Shown here one piece after another: positions 23,909 through 37,533 of a DNA stretch of 64,000 nt (position 1 is the first letter of the stretch; each line of letters begins with the position of its first letter). The notes under the pieces were generated by a model that was not told the origin of the DNA, did no database searches, and saw only the letters and a program-made list of their open reading frames with translations. Both the position numbers and the translations under genes were made by a program. Source of the DNA: Squalus acanthias (lineage: Eukaryota); assembly GCA_030390025.1 (NCBI GenBank), contig CM059432.1, forward strand, positions 114,082,001 through 114,146,000, read 5' to 3'.

Positions 23909-24892
23909 ATTTTTTTTTAATTCATTTATGGGATGTGGGCGTCGCTGGCAAGGCCAGCATTTATTGCCCATCCCTAATTGCCCCTGAGAAGGTGGTGGTG
24001 AGCCACCTTCTTGAACCGCTGCAGTCTGTGTGGTGATGGTACACCCACAGAGGTGTTAGGGAGGGAGTTCCAGGATTTTGACCCAGCGATGATGAAGGAT
24101 CGGCGATATACTTCTAAGTCAGGATGGTGTGTGACTTGGAGGGGAACTTGGAGATGGTGGTGTTCCCATGCGCCTGCTGTCCTTGCCCTTCTAGGTGGAA
24201 GAGGTCGCGGGTTTGGGAGGTGCTGCTGAAGAAGTCTTGGCGAGTTGCTGCAGTGCATCTTGTAGATGGTACACACTGCAGCCACGGTACGCTGGTGGTG
24301 GAGGGAGTGAATGTTTAAGGCAGTGGATGGGGTGCCAATCAAGTGGGCTGCTTTGTCCTGGATGGTGTTCAGCTTCTTGAGTGTTGTTGGAGCTGCACTC
24401 ATCCAGGCAAGTGGAGAGTATTCCATCACACTCCTTACTCGTGCCTTGTAGATGGTGGAAAGGCTTTGGGGAGTCAGGAGGTGAGACACTCGCCGCAGAA
24501 TATCTAGCCTCTGACCTGCTCTTGTTGCCACAGTATTTATGTGGCTGGTCCAGTTAAGTTTCTGGTCAATGCTGACCCCCCCAGGATGTTGATGGTGGGG
24601 GATTCGACGATGGTTATGCCATTGAATGTCAAGGGGCGGTGGTTGGACTCTCGCTTGTTGGAGATAGTCATTGCCTGGCACTTGTGTGGCACGAATGTTA
24701 CCTGCCACTTATCAGCCCAAGCCTGAATGTCGTCCAGGTCTTGTTGCATGCGGGCATGGACTGCTTCATTATCTGAGGAGTTGTGAAAGGCACTGAGAAA
24801 TTTGCAGTCTTCAGCGAACATCCCCAATTCTGACCTTATGTTGGAGGGAAGGTCATTGATGAAGCAGCTGAAGATGGTTGGGCCTAGAACAC
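23909..24892 (-). mobile_element. 5'-truncated LINE (CR1/L2 group), RT C-terminus and A-rich tail
   Basis: LGPTIFSCFINDLP...MFAED, QAWADKWQV, IYKARVRSVMEY; AATAAA and poly(A) on the minus strand. Confidence 0.85.
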
Positions 24893-26939
24893 TGATCAAT
24901 GGCTGGGGATGGCTGGGGATGCATTCACTCCATATGGAGAGATCAAAATATTCATTTTTTCCAAAGGTAATATGTTATTTCAGTTTGTTATCGGCATTCT
25001 GATTTGGGAGATTTACATTTTCCCCTGAGTCACTTTCACAAATGTGTTCAGCATGGCTTCTTTGGAGAAGACCCTTAATTTTAATATTTCTTGAAATGCT
25101 TTGCCAGGCAAAAAGGTTTTACAAAGTGAAATAAAGTTGGTAAATGTAACAAGCAGTCTTTCACTGATAAGGCAGGAAACATGGCTGATAAGGCAGGAAA
25201 CATGGTTGTGACTGCAGGGGGTAGTGATAGTCAACAGAGATAAACAAACCCCCTGAGTATTGTAGACACGGCGTCTCTGGTGACCTTTCTGAGGTGAGAA
25301 GTCAAACCTTTGAAGTTTTGAAATGCAGAATACGATGTAATTCATGGACTGAACCAAGTGGTTTTCTGCCACCTTTGTAAACTTTCGGAGTGAATGAACA
25401 ATTTTGGGCTGTGATAAGGATAAACTGAATAATAGCCACACAGGATGTGTGATTGTAAACATTTGACAGCTCAAACAGCTCAGACCAACATTAAAGGAAC
25501 ATTTCACTATCTCTGAATTAATGATTTAATACAAAAGACAAGGAAAGCTGTATAAAACACAGTGGCTAAAGAAAATCAGCACTGCAGTCAGAAGAAGGAG
25601 GCTTGACCAGTCATCTCGCCTACGAGGATCAAGCTGCAGTCGGAGGAAGGAGGGGCCTGGCCAGTCTTTTCGCTTACGAGGACCTACAATCAACGCTGGA
25701 CCGATCATCGGCGGGTGGCTGTATGTATGATTTCCTGTAATATTATTGGTGAACTGCTAGAATAGTGGTTGGGGTTTTGAATCTGTCTTAGAAACAATAA
25801 AAGGTTAAAGACAGAACCCGTGTGTCTGGTGTAATTTCTCATAAGTCTCAAGTCCAAACTCTATAACCTGTTGGATGGGGCGAGGGGTAATTCCGCACAT
25901 CTTACACTTAAACCACTGATTGTTTGGGATATGTTTTAGATTTCAGGAACATGTGTTGGTTCAACTCACATCTGTATGGGCTGACTACTCAATGTTGTCA
26001 TCTGACTCTCTCCTTGCTGCTTTGTGTAGTCACTTGAAGGTACGTTTCACCCTGTAGCTCCATCTAATGGCGAGGGGTAATGTCATGTAAAACAGTTCTG
26101 GTTGCTGAACAATTTTGTACAGCTTACCTCTGATAGAATAGGATGCTTGCTGTCCTCTGAATGGGCAATTACCTGCACAATTGTAACACTTATTACTCCC
26201 AGTGGTACTTTACCACTATGCAAGTGTGATTACACTGGTTGCTCAGTGATAGAATTCCTGCCTTCCAGAGGGCTGACTGAACTCCTGGCTTTGTAACAAA
26301 GATTTGAGCGGTTCTTATTAAGTGAGGGACACCACGTAAATATAAATTGTTGTGGTGCATGGTGTTTACAGATGCATATTCTGTTACAAATCCATATTGG
26401 TTTTATGTTTGATGCCTCAAATTCTGGCACCTTGACTGTGAGGCCTGCTCCCGGGGATTCTATGTCAGCGCTTCAGGTGGGAAGTGGTTGCACTTATCTT
26501 CTTATCCATGTCTTTGATCATATCCAGTTACACAGACTGTAGGCCACAATCTTTACAAACCATTTCCCTTAATTGTGTCCTCATCACTTACTAGTTAACC
26601 CATTAAAAAAAAAAATTGGAATAGGAAGAACAAAATTTAAAAAAATGCTATTGTTAATTATAATTTTGTAAAATGTTTATTCCCCCTTCTCTCCTGAATG
26701 CACAGACTCATAGTAGGTATGGTTCCAGCCACTCTCTGGTACCTTGTCTGTGTGTGAGCCTGGGTAATGAGCATATGAAGGCTGCTCGACCATGGGGCAT
26801 TGCAACTCGGCTCAATCCGGTCTGCAGCTGCCATCCACACATATGACCTGACCAGCGGGGAAGGGGCGTGCACTCGCTAGCAATCAGGAGCAGGAACCTT
26901 GGCTGATATTTCTACTTCGATATTTCTACGCCATTGTAG

Positions 26940-27607
26940 CAACAACAACAACTTACATTTATATAGCACCTTTAATGTAGTAAAGTGTCCAAGGTGCTTC
27001 ACAGGAGCGTTATCAAACAAAATTTGACACCGAGCCTCATAAGGAGATATTAGCACAGATGACCAAAAGCTTGATCAAAAAGATAGGTTTTAAGAAGCGT
27101 CTTAAAGGAGGAAAGAGAGGTGGAGAGGTTTAGGGAGAGACTTCCAGTACTTGTGTCTAGACAGCTGAAGGCACGGCTGCCGATGGTGGGGCAAAGGAAG
27201 TCAGGGATGCATAAGTGGCCAGAGTTGGTGGAACGCAGAGTTCTCGGAGGATTGCAGGGCTGGAGGAGATTACAGAGATAGGGAGGGCCGAGGCTATGGC
27301 GTGTATTTGAACACAAGGATGAGAATTTAAAATTTGAGGCATTACTGGACCAGGAGCCAGTGTAAGTCAGCGAACACAGGGGTTGTGGGTGAACGGGACT
27401 TGGCGTGAGTTATGACACGGGCAGCAGTTTTGGATGAGCACAAGTTTATGGAGGGTGGAAGGTGGGAGACCGGCCAGGAAAGTGTTGGAATAGTCAAGTC
27501 TGGAGGTAACAAAGGCATGGATGAGGGTTTCAGCAGCAGATGAGCTGAGTGGAGTCAGGCGATGTTACGGAAGTGGGAGTAGGCGGTCTTGGTGATGGTG
27601 CGGATAT
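26940..27607 (-). mobile_element. L2 LINE 3' fragment
   Basis: PPYLCNLLQP..PPRTLRS...FKTLLKTYLFDQAF; (GTT)n tail. Confidence 0.8.
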
Positions 27608-28029
27608 GTACTATTGTCAATGCTGAGGTCAGTTAACACAGCATAAACCTTCTTCGTCTGTATTTCACAGCAGCGCACTAATCCGTTGGAGGAACTTTGA
27701 ATCATAAATGTTTGTAATTATTTCAATTTTAATAGGTGTCTGTAATGATGAGGCTCCTTTAAGCACCTGGAAGGTGAATGCTGGTATTTTAAACCGTCGA
27801 GTGGTAGGAATTAAAAAAGGAACCTTTTGGAATTTAATATTTTCAGACATTAAAATGGAATATCATACATATTTTGTTCATAATTACATTAAATAATTTT
27901 GTACAATTCTAGCCCCATAAACTGGTAGCACAGTTGATTATCCTACTGCCCTCATCCTTTGGGACCCAAGTTGAATTCAGCCCAGATTGGGGCTTTAAGG
28001 ACTGTTTTTATATTGTTCCTTTTTTAACT

Positions 28030-28378
28030 TGAATCCTGGGAGTCTGGCTTGTGCGAGCTGGTTTCTGTTGGATCCTGGGAGTTTGGCTTGTGGGAGCTGG
28101 TTCCTGTTGGATCCTGGGAGTCTGGTTTGTGGGAGCTGGTTCCTGTTCGATCCTGGGAGTCTGGCTTGTGGGAGCTGGTTCCTGTTGGATCCTGGGAGTC
28201 TGGCTTGTGGGAGCTGGTTCCTGTTCGATCCTGGGAGTCTGGTTTGTTGGGAGCTGGTTCCTGTTCGATCCTGGGAGTCTGGTTTGTGGGAGCTGGTTCC
28301 TGTTGGATCCTGGGAGTCTGGCTTGTGCGAGCTGGTTCCTGTAGGATCCTGGGAGTCTGGCTTGTGCGAGCTGGTTCC
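28030..28378. repeat. 39-bp minisatellite, about 9 copies (GATCCTGGGAGTCTGGCTTGTGGGAGCTGGTTCCTGTTG)
   Basis: Direct tandem repeats. Confidence 0.95.
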
Positions 28379-28699
28379 TAGTGTTTGTACAGTTACACCC
28401 GTGTCCCGCAGCCTGGCAGCAGACTAGACTGATAGCCACCAGGCTATGGAAACAAATTAAACAAAGTAAATACTGCAACCTGGCTGCTGGGATCCAAGTT
28501 AAAAGAACAATATAAAAACTGTTAAAGTGTTAATTTGGGCTGTCCCAACATAGTATCTGATGGTCATGGGCCACAGCACACTGCCCTTAGTCTGGTACAA
28601 ATCAGTTACCTTGGTGCTGAAATCCATAACTTTAATCTGGTGTAGAAATGAAAATAGTTCCAATGGCATTATAAACCACTCCATCCATTAGTTCCATTT

Positions 28700-28940
28700 A
28701 GAATAATTTGCATTTATATAGTGCCTTTCACATCTTCAGGACATCTCAAAGCGCTTCACAGCCAATCAATATAATCACTGTTATGTAGGAACTTGGCTCA
28801 ATGTCTCAACAGCACAGCAGTCCCTCCATGCTGAACTGAAGTGTCAGCCTAGATTATGTGCTTAAGTCTTGGAGCAGGCCTTAACACAGAACCTGCTCAC
28901 TCAAAGGTAAGAGTGCGAACACTAAGCCAAGCTGACACTT
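28700..28940 (-). mobile_element. Degenerate, internally deleted DeuSINE-like SINE
   Basis: Reverse complement resembles the head and tail of the SINE at 35395-35830 (gtgtcagcctagattatgtgc). Confidence 0.55.
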
Positions 28941-29729
28941 TCCCAATACAACTGCCAGAAGAGTGTTCTGGATTTCCTGCCAGTGTACGGAATTTGATAC
29001 TGACCTATTTGGGAGGACAATTACACTATCAATGTATCTTTCACTCTGTCCAGTCTTCTTGTGCAATTAGTACTTACTAATTAAAAACTGTTATCTTGTG
29101 TGTAATTGATGGACTAATTAATTAAAGTCATCAGGTATTGTAAACAGCTTGAATCACCTTTTATGTTGATCCCAATAATCATAAGTTTGAGACCCAGACA
29201 CCTCTATAGATGCCTTCTGATGTGAAAGCTCTTTGGCATCAGTAAGCCTTGGACCCTAGGGTACCCTGCAGGGTGACTAGATTATCTGTATATACGTAAT
29301 AGGTGATTGGTGTAGAAAGGAATCGTATGAATATGATATGTACACTACTAGCAGTTTTGGTGGGAATAATAGGTTAATTTAGCTCCCACATAGAGTTGAC
29401 CACCACAACCCTTCCAACCCAATAGCCCCAGTTGTGTCAGAAATATATCTTTTAAAAATCAGTGAAATATATAGAACAAGACATGCAAATGTCAATTATA
29501 ATTCTTTGTAATTATTTCATTTTTAAACAGAGAGGAAATGTTGCCTGAAGTATCTGGTGCAACATTATGGTGTCAGACAGGCCCCATATCCCTAAAAAAC
29601 ACAAAAGCAACTGGGAAAGGGAGAACATTGTCATTTTGCCCATTGGCGAATTTCTCTTCGTAACACACTGACATAAAATACCAAAATATTTAAATATTTA
29701 GTACAGATGGAAAAAAAAACATGACTTGC

Positions 29730-32551
29730 ATCTCTGTAAAGAAAATGTTTTTATTAATAGTGTAGCCATGTTAAATACCATCACCAGAAATGAGTTTGTT
29801 TTACATTAGTTGTTGTCACATACAGGCCAGTTGTCCAGTAACCTAACAGCAGTGTCCCCTTTACTTAAAATCTATGTACAAGACAGCTGTGTTTTACTGG
29901 AATAGTGCCATTGACATGACTAAATCATAAACAGAGTTGCAGACATAATGTGAAAAATATTTTTAAAAAAAATATTAAGTTTCAAATAAATACTGCATAA
30001 TGATAAGTATGTACAAATCTTTCATACTTCAACATCCTTCTCGCTAAGATTTCTGAAAGATCATTTTAAACAGGAATAATATGCACAAAATAATCGGATG
30101 TAGGTAAATTGAGCTGCTGTCGCAGTAATGGGACAACACGTCGGAAATAAAGTTTGTATTTTGGAACTTTGTTTTTATTTTAAAAAAGGGATAGATAAAT
30201 CTCTTATTATTATTGTTGTAGGTCCAGACTTGCAGTTGCTCACAGCAATGTGGAAAAACTGGTGTTAGCAGCCGATGGCCACTGCTAACTCTAATCCCAA
30301 GGGGTTAGTGTTATTTTGGTGACACTGTAGGAATCTCCTTTTTTTTAAGATGGCTCAACATTCAAAACTTCATCTACAATACTTTAGTCATGAGACAAAA
30401 GACCCAAGAATCACTCTTGGCTTAAACAAAATTGTACCACAGATAAAAAATAAAAAAGGCATTTTTAATTTTCCTTTTAAATGGTATTCAAGCATACTCA
30501 TTGACGATCCTTCATGTGCTCCATCAGCCTTCTTTCTATTAACATAAAACTGCGGCAACTCTGTATCTTCACCACCTCCATTCACGCAAATCTCACGTTC
30601 TACAGAGCACTTTAAAAAAAAACTAGCCTTTTTCAATTTGGGAGTGGGTTGGGGGAGGTGTCACAGCATGGTGGTAAACTAACAGAATGTAGAGTCCAAT
30701 TTAGAACCCCAAAAACAACAGATAAATAACAAGTGATTTCCGATGGCCAATTTTCAGCTTAATCTAGCAAGTGAACATCAGTCCATGTTAAAAGTCCTCA
30801 TTAAACTGCACAAGTATATGTGTGAAAATTGAACTTTACAGCAAAACAGCTTGGCTTTTTGTAATCCTGTCTACAGGACATCGGGAATTCAGGCATGCAA
30901 AACTGATCATCCGACTGGATGGTTTCTACGCCTGGCTGGTAGAGAAGACTATTTCTCAAATAGAATACCATATTACTTGATTTGTCCTCTGTCAATATCA
31001 TTGCTATATAATTTCAGAGAGAAAAAAGTCTTATTCCTACAGTATGTACAAGTTGGATCCTGCTAGAAATTATTTCATTACCGAAGTTTCTTTCTGAACA
31101 ATGGTCACAAGATTCCTTTATTTGCTGTAGAATTCAATTTAAGATGAGAAAATGTAAATAAGTTCTATGTCATCATGCACTGTACAATTAAAAGGATGCT
31201 GCAAAAATTTCATTTTTTTGTCAAATGCATGCTGAATTACTGCAGTGTGTGCCCAAGCCATGTTGCAAAAATCCTTTCAACATGCTTGCAAATTATATAA
31301 TTTCTCTTTTTTTTGTTGTTAAAATGGTATATTTTACCCAAAGAATCAAAATGCAGTAACGCTCTGCAACCTTTAACCTGGATGAGGGGCTTGAGTGGCT
31401 AGAGACACAGAGGTCGTACTCAAAGCATACAATAAACTACCCAGCAAAAGGGACAGAGCAGCATGTGTAATCTGGGAATAATGTCGGACTTTGAAGGTCT
31501 GTGTCATTAATTTAACCGTGTTTTTGTCCACAAGACGACTTCTTTTTAAACATCATACTGAAATTACTTTTATTCAGACCAGCCCTTCCTTAATAATCAT
31601 CTTTGTCCGCAGTAGACAGACTCATGAATGATTTACTCTGAATATGGGAAACACGGTGTCATTGTATCACACTGTTGCATTCACTCCCCCATAAAACCAT
31701 GCACTGGTGAAACATTTTTTAAAAATAATATAAATTGTTGAAAATGGCTGTTTTTTTGCAAGTTTCAGCCTCAAGAAAATAATTTTAAATGTTTTTTTTT
31801 CATTTAAGTTCAGCTAAATTTGTGTCCATGCAAAATTTTTTTTTTAAATTTCATACAGTATATCAGCAGAGAAACAATGATATCAGATCACATAGCCCTC
31901 TCCCTTTGGGAATCATTGTGGCATCTTTCTGGAGCTTCCAAGTCGGTTTTGAATGTCAGTACCACATCTTTATGTTTTGCATTTAAAAAAAAGTAAATCT
32001 CTTGTTCTGTACAGTTTTGCTCAGCTGACTCCTTTCCGTTTTGCCCAGTCTGGTGATGTGTAGTCAGTACCGGACACTATTTTCAACTCTCCTCACGATG
32101 AGACTCCCATGTTGGCTCACAGAACTAACAACCAGCTGGCCTTCATGACATCAGCGGCTGTTGCTATAGGAACCAAGCTGGCGGGGTAGGAGAAGCAGGC
32201 GACTCAACAGGGATAAAGAACAACAAAAAAAAGAATGGTTCATTGAAAAATAAGGGCTTCTGTTGTGTGAATTGATAGGTTCTTATTTATTTGTTTTTAA
32301 ATCCATGGCTTCTGATTGGACAAAAAAAACTATTGTCATTTAATTCCAGCAACCGTATAAGTTCTGCAAAACTGCACTCCTTCCCTAAGGACCTTTTCAG
32401 GGCACAATGTGTGCAATCTCCTCTGAGAACACAGGACCGCTTTTAATCCCTAGGAACAGGCTCAGAAGACACAACATCAAGCATGCAGTGTAACCAGGGC
32501 TTGTGACCTGCGAGCTGAACACTGGTTGCTATAGCAACACTTTCACAACTG
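29730..32551 (-). other. RIMS2: Probable RIMS2 3' UTR; distal end inferred
   Basis: AU-rich, free of recognisable repeats, follows the stop codon; minus-strand AATAAA at 32286, 31569, 30174 and 29750. Confidence 0.6.
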
Positions 32552-32770
32552 CTATGAGCGAGCATAAGAAGGTCCAGATGAACTCTCGAGTGATGATTGG
32601 GAAGCTCTTCTTGTCAGTGGGGCCAAGGTTGGATCAACCAGTGAGGAAGTGGGAAAGAGTTTGTACCAGCCAATCACCATGTTGGACAGGTCAAGCTCCT
32701 CTAATAGGATCTGTGCAACTCCCATGAAGGATTTGTGGTCCATCCGTCCGTAATCGCCCCATACAATTAT
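32552..32770 (-). CDS. RIMS2: RIM2 last coding exon (end of C2B domain and C-terminus)
   Basis: ag|IIVWGDYGRMDHKSFMGVAQILLEELDLSNMVIGWYKLFPTSSLVDPTLAPLTRRASQSSLESSSGPSYARS*; the GPSYxRS ending fits RIMS2. Confidence 0.93.
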   Translation of the reverse strand: MIVWGDYGRMDHKSFMGVAQILLEELDLSNMVIGWYKLFPTSSLVDPTLAPLTRRASQSSLESSSGPSYARS

Positions 32771-33059
32771 CTAATAGAGAAAAAATAGTATTGTGTTACA
32801 TATCTTTGTAATATAACACTACAATAGTGACTTTTGAAAGTTAGTTTTTTTGTCGTTCTTCTCTAATCCCCTCCCACTTCCAACCCACCATCCCCCCAAA
32901 CCACATCGCCCCACAAATTTTCACCTTTTCTGTGTGTGTCAAAGGGCTATTCAACCACAAGGGGCATCACGGCTAAATCCAATCCTGCCCTCATCAGATG
33001 TCCATACATGTGCACTTTTCACTGTTCTCAGTTGTAGAAATGTGGTTTAATTAAGTTAA

Positions 33060-33330
33060 CTAAAGGGGAAATCTGATTGAGGTATTTCAATTAATAAAGG
33101 GAATTGACAGAGTAGGTAGGGAACAGCTCCAGGGGAATCCATACCAAGTGGGCATAATCTTAAGAGTTCACGCTAAGCCAGTTGAAAGCAAATCCAGAAA
33201 AAAAGCATCCTCACAGATTTATAGGAATGTGGAACATACTGCCTCAGGAAGCCATAGATGGAGAGTCAGTTGAGGTGTTTAAAAGGGAATTAAATATTTA
33301 CTTGGGAATTAAAGGAATATGGAGTAAAGG
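33060..33330 (+). mobile_element. Old CR1 3' fragment
   Basis: Degenerate RGNLIEVF...GIWNILPQEA...FKRELN similarity to the CR1 ORF2 end. Confidence 0.55.
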
Positions 33331-34138
33331 CAGTGAATTGGGATTTAAAAGGTAGCACCCTATGGCTAATAAAAATGGCTCCACAGGCCATTTCTTCTTC
33401 TAATTTCACTGCTTGTTGTTTTCTTGTCACACAAGTGGCATAAAGTAATTTTTTTAGCACAGCTGGCTGCTGCTGATTTTGAACATGCAGTCAAAAAACA
33501 CAAGTTAACATGTTCTTAATGTGGGGCAATTTGCTGGATCAGTGCTTTGGGGCATAGTCTGTCACAGCAGAAGGACATGGGTCGCAAGCTCACTCAGGCC
33601 ACTGTGGGTGACAGCAAATTGAAATAAGACATTTGGCTGCAGGAAGAGTGGGAAGGAGAAGGGCTAAGAACCGATAGGGAACTTCTCTCCCACAGGGAAG
33701 GAGTTTCAGAGTCACATTGGCAGAGGGGTGGAGGCCAGTCATGGGGAGCAGTGCATGCTGTAATAGGGGGGTAGCAATCTAAGTATTAAAGGAAAAAAGA
33801 ACTAGAAATGAGGGATGAAAATAAGTCATAAATGTATTCTTCCTTTTGCTTCTGGGTAAATTTAAGATACAAGGAGCTGAAGCACAAAATAATTGAAATT
33901 ACTTGTATCTTGTGTTACTATGACACTGGTCAGAAGGTAAATCATGGCAGCTGTGCAACCAGCTGCACCAAATGCAGCTTTTCTTTAATCAATAAATTGC
34001 CTACTGATTATTGTATCTGTCTGTAATCACTATACTCTTACTTGTAATTGCTTCAGCTTTAGCTCCAACCTCCTTGTAGTCGTTTGGACGCAGGCCACAT
34101 TACATAGCGTGTAAGTTGAATACAATGGACAGTTATTA

Positions 34139-34714
34139 CGGCCCCGAAACTCCTTGGGTCACAATCCCGGCAGTTACGTCAGGATCACGCCTGACAATGC
34201 TGATCCTGTTCTAGTTTACAAGGTCGGCAGGAGAGCACCTCATTAGCATAGGTCACGTGAGCGCAAGTTGCCCAGGACCACCCCCCCACTCCCCTCCCCC
34301 CCTTGAGTAAGGGAGTGGATTTGCAGAATTAAAACTCTTTGGGTGTCCAAGCTGCTTGCCAGGCATGGAGCCCACTAGTGGGGGCCTCAGATACCCTTGG
34401 TGGCAACGCCTCCACTCACTTGGTGTACCGGTCGCCAGAACTATGACAGGTTCCATTGGAGCCCAATTAGTGGGAACTCCTGACAGAGGAAGTTCCAACC
34501 CCTGGCTCTGTGCCCAGCTGCAGTTTACTTGGGAATGGAAATGTTGTCCCTTATAAATCTCTGTGAGACCTTGTAGGAATTTATAGCAATTCTCACAGCA
34601 GAGACCCAGCTCAACAGGCTTTATGCTGTTTTCCTAAGGCTTCTGCTGATCTCGTTTCTCATGTCGGAGTTGTGGCAGGAGACTGGCAGAACTCCCTGAG
34701 GAATTTTGGGGCCC
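34139..34714. mobile_element. Candidate Harbinger-like MITE
   Basis: Imperfect TIRs CGGCCCCGAAACTCC / GGGCCCCAAAATTCC; TSD not clean. Confidence 0.45.
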
Positions 34715-34818
34715 TAGTGTAATGACTGTGGTCACAACACTAATGGGGCCTCACCTCGATACATCGGTTGGAACTTTAGTTAAAAGCAAAACAAAGCAAT
34801 TGGATAAAAAGTGGTTAC

Positions 34819-34958
34819 CTGAAGAATCTTTCCCTGGGGGCTATCTTCAAATGGAAGCTGTTGCTGGTACAGAGGGTCCAGTGTTTTTCGTGCCACTTTT
34901 GTTTTCTTTTTGGCTATGCAGATGCCATTTTCCAATAGATAAACTTTAACATATGGTG
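34819..34958 (-). CDS. RIMS2: RIM2 exon, C2B domain (140 nt)
   Basis: ag|(A)PYVKVYLLENGICIAKKKTKVARKTLDPLYQQQLPFEDSPQGKILQ|gt; phases match both neighbours. Confidence 0.95.
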
Positions 34959-35394
34959 CTACAGAAGAAATCAGAGAATTGCAATTTTAATATATGGTGA
35001 TATGTGAACTAAGTGACATTGTGCTGAATACTACAGATACAGTGTTATTACAGGATAACAGATAGGCTGCAGCATATTACAAGACAGTAGTACATGAGGT
35101 AGTTTAGACGATACTATAAATAGCAAACCAAAGCTGGAGTGATTTATTAATATCATGTGCCTTGACACATTCGTAGCTACAATATTCGTTATAATATGAT
35201 GCAACTTTTTGCATGTACTGCACACCTTCCATGTATATCTGTAAAACAATTATGTAACCTTCATATAATGTGCACTTGGGAATTGGAACCATTCCAGTAT
35301 AAATTGATGACAAATCACTCACTTTGAACTTTGTTTTCAATTTTAAAAATTATAACCTGTGTGTCTGTTTTGGTATTGGATCCATTTCTTGATG

Positions 35395-35830
35395 GTCAGA
35401 AGGTTGTGGGTTCAAGTCCCACTCCAGGGACTTCAGCGCATAAATCTAGGCTGACACTCCAGTGCAGTGCTGAGGGAGCGCTGCACTGTCGGAAGTGCCG
35501 TCTTTCGGATGAGACATTAAACCAAGGCTCAGTCTGTGCTCTCAGGTGGATGTAAAAGATCCCATGGCACTATTTCAAAGAAGAGCAGGGGAGTTATCCC
35601 TGGTGTCCTGGCCAATATTTATCACTCAATCAACATAACAAAAACAGATTATCTGGTCATTATCACATTGCTGTTTGTGTGAGCTTGCTGTGTGCAAATT
35701 GGCTGCCACGTTTCCCACATTACAACAGTGACTACGCTCCAAAAGTACTTCATTGGCTGTAAAGCGCTTTGAGACGTCCGGTGGTCGTGAAAGGCGCTAT
35801 ATAAATGCAAGCCTTTCTTTTCTTTCTTTC
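35395..35830 (+). mobile_element. DeuSINE (SacSINE1-like) with L2-type tail
   Basis: B box GGTTCAAGTCC; Deu-like core GCACTGTCGGAAGTGCCGTCTTTCGGATGAGAC; (CTTT)n tail. Confidence 0.8.
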
Positions 35831-35917
35831 TATAAAATGGTGTACAATGTACAGAAAATCTTGTTTAGAAACTTCCCCTCCCCACTGAAGATCCTGACTT
35901 TTGTTGGGATACTGTTA

Positions 35918-36290
35918 AGAACATAGGAATTAGGAGCAGGAGCAGGTCATACAGCCCCTTAAGCCTGCTCCGCCATTCAATAAGATCATGGCTGATCTTC
36001 GACCTCAACTCCACTTTTCTGCCCGATCTCCATATCCCTTGATTCCCCTAGAGTCTAAATATCTATCTATCTCAGCCTTGAATAGACTCAACGATTCACT
36101 ATCCATAGCCCCTTGGGGTAGGGAATTCCAAAGAGTCACAACCCTCTGAGTGAAGAAATTTCTCATCATCTCAGTCGTAAATGGCTGACCCCTTATCCTG
36201 AGACTATGCCCCCGAGTTCTAGACTCTCCAGCCAGGGGAAACAACCTCAGCATCTACCCTGTCAATCCCCTTCAGAAACTTATGTTTCAA
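35918..36290 (-). mobile_element. CR1 3' fragment
   Basis: LFPLAGESRTRGHSLRIRG...FFTQRVVTLWNSLP plus 3' UTR. Confidence 0.85.
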
Positions 36291-36472
36291 TGAATTCTAT
36301 TTGGTGCCAGGCACCCTCCATTCCTCCATTAGATGGCCATTCTTTAGCCTTGACAATGAGGGTTGACAGACTATTTGATTGTGATGGGGAGTATTCTAGC
36401 CAAGTCTGATCCTCTCCCCACCTGACATCTACACGGGCACACTTTCCAGCAAAAGTCAGTGGATAGCAATTA

Positions 36473-36581
36473 GGGGGTTGAATTTCTGCGGGAGTTCTCC
36501 CGATTGTTCCCAGGATTTCTGCAAAATTTCTGCCAAAGTTATGGTGGACAAGCAGGAGAATCCCTGTGGAAATTTAACTCG
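36473..36581. mobile_element. Small hairpin MITE (about 110 bp)
   Basis: Inverted ends GGGTTGAATTTCTGCGGGAGTTCTCC / GAGTTAAATTTCCACAGGGATTCTCC. Confidence 0.5.
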
Positions 36582-36778
36582 TAAGAGTGGGAACGTCAGC
36601 TGATTTTATCCTTGCCTTGCTCAGAGGCACTTCAGGTCCACTGTCGCATTCATACGTCTACTTCAGTAGAGATAAGCTAATTCTACACAGACCAAAGATT
36701 ATACCTGTGACTTCCTGGTCTATATGGATCAGTAGGGACTGAGCGTTGGGGCAAGACTCTTGCTCTCTTAAACCCATT

Positions 36779-37533
36779 GGCCCTGAATTTCCGATCGGAG
36801 GCTTCCTGCGAGCGGATGCCTCCGATCGGAAAAAAATCTACGAACTTACCTGCTGGTTCCATAGATCCCGAGGCTTGCGATCCTGGGCTTCTCCTCTTTG
36901 AAATGCGTAGAGGCCCAGGTATCCCGGGGCGTATGTGGTTCGCAAGCGCCCCTGGGATCACGTGGGCCAGGCGAACCAATGGATGAAGGGAATCCCCCTT
37001 CATTCTTTTGACAGTTCTGTACGCACAGAACTGTCAAAAGTATGAATGGGGATCACATTTAAAAACACACTAAAACATTTAAAAAAAAATTCAATTACTT
37101 AATTAAAATGCCATTTAATTAAATATTTTAAACAAAAATTGAATTTTTTGGAAAAAAAATGTAATGTTTTTACGGGGCTAAAAACAAAATACCTTTTTTG
37201 AAGAGTATTTTTAATTTATAAATGAGTTATCAAATTTCATTTTTCTATTTTTTTAAAACTCTTAAGCTGGTAAAAGCAGGCCTTACGCCTGGTTTAACCA
37301 AGCGTAAGAATTTGACAGTCATTCAGCGGGCGGAAGTTGTGCAAAAAGCGCAACTCTCCACCCGCAGAGGCACTTTTCTTGGGCATGTGGATGATCTGTC
37401 AAGAGAATTCTTGACAGATCGCAAGTGCCGGGTTTCAGCGCATGCACTTTGCATGCCTGAAACCGGCACTTGCGCGGCCCCTACGGCACGTACACATCTT
37501 GTACGCACCCGTGGGGGTCGGAAAATCTGGCCC
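36779..37533 (+). mobile_element. MITE with GC-rich arms and AT-rich core (Harbinger-like ends)
   Basis: TIRs GGCCCTGAATTTCCGA / GGGCCAGATTTTCCGA; flanks ATT/AAT; related inverted copy at 44090-44833. Confidence 0.75.

Noticed and set aside
25145..25906. Possible second solo LTR (TATAAAA near 25551, AATAAA near 25797, ends CTTACA)
   Set aside because: No matching 5' boundary or TSD could be identified by eye.
28008..28478. Repetitive ORF with a signal-peptide-like start
   Set aside because: It is produced by the 39-bp minisatellite, and there is no splice or family evidence.
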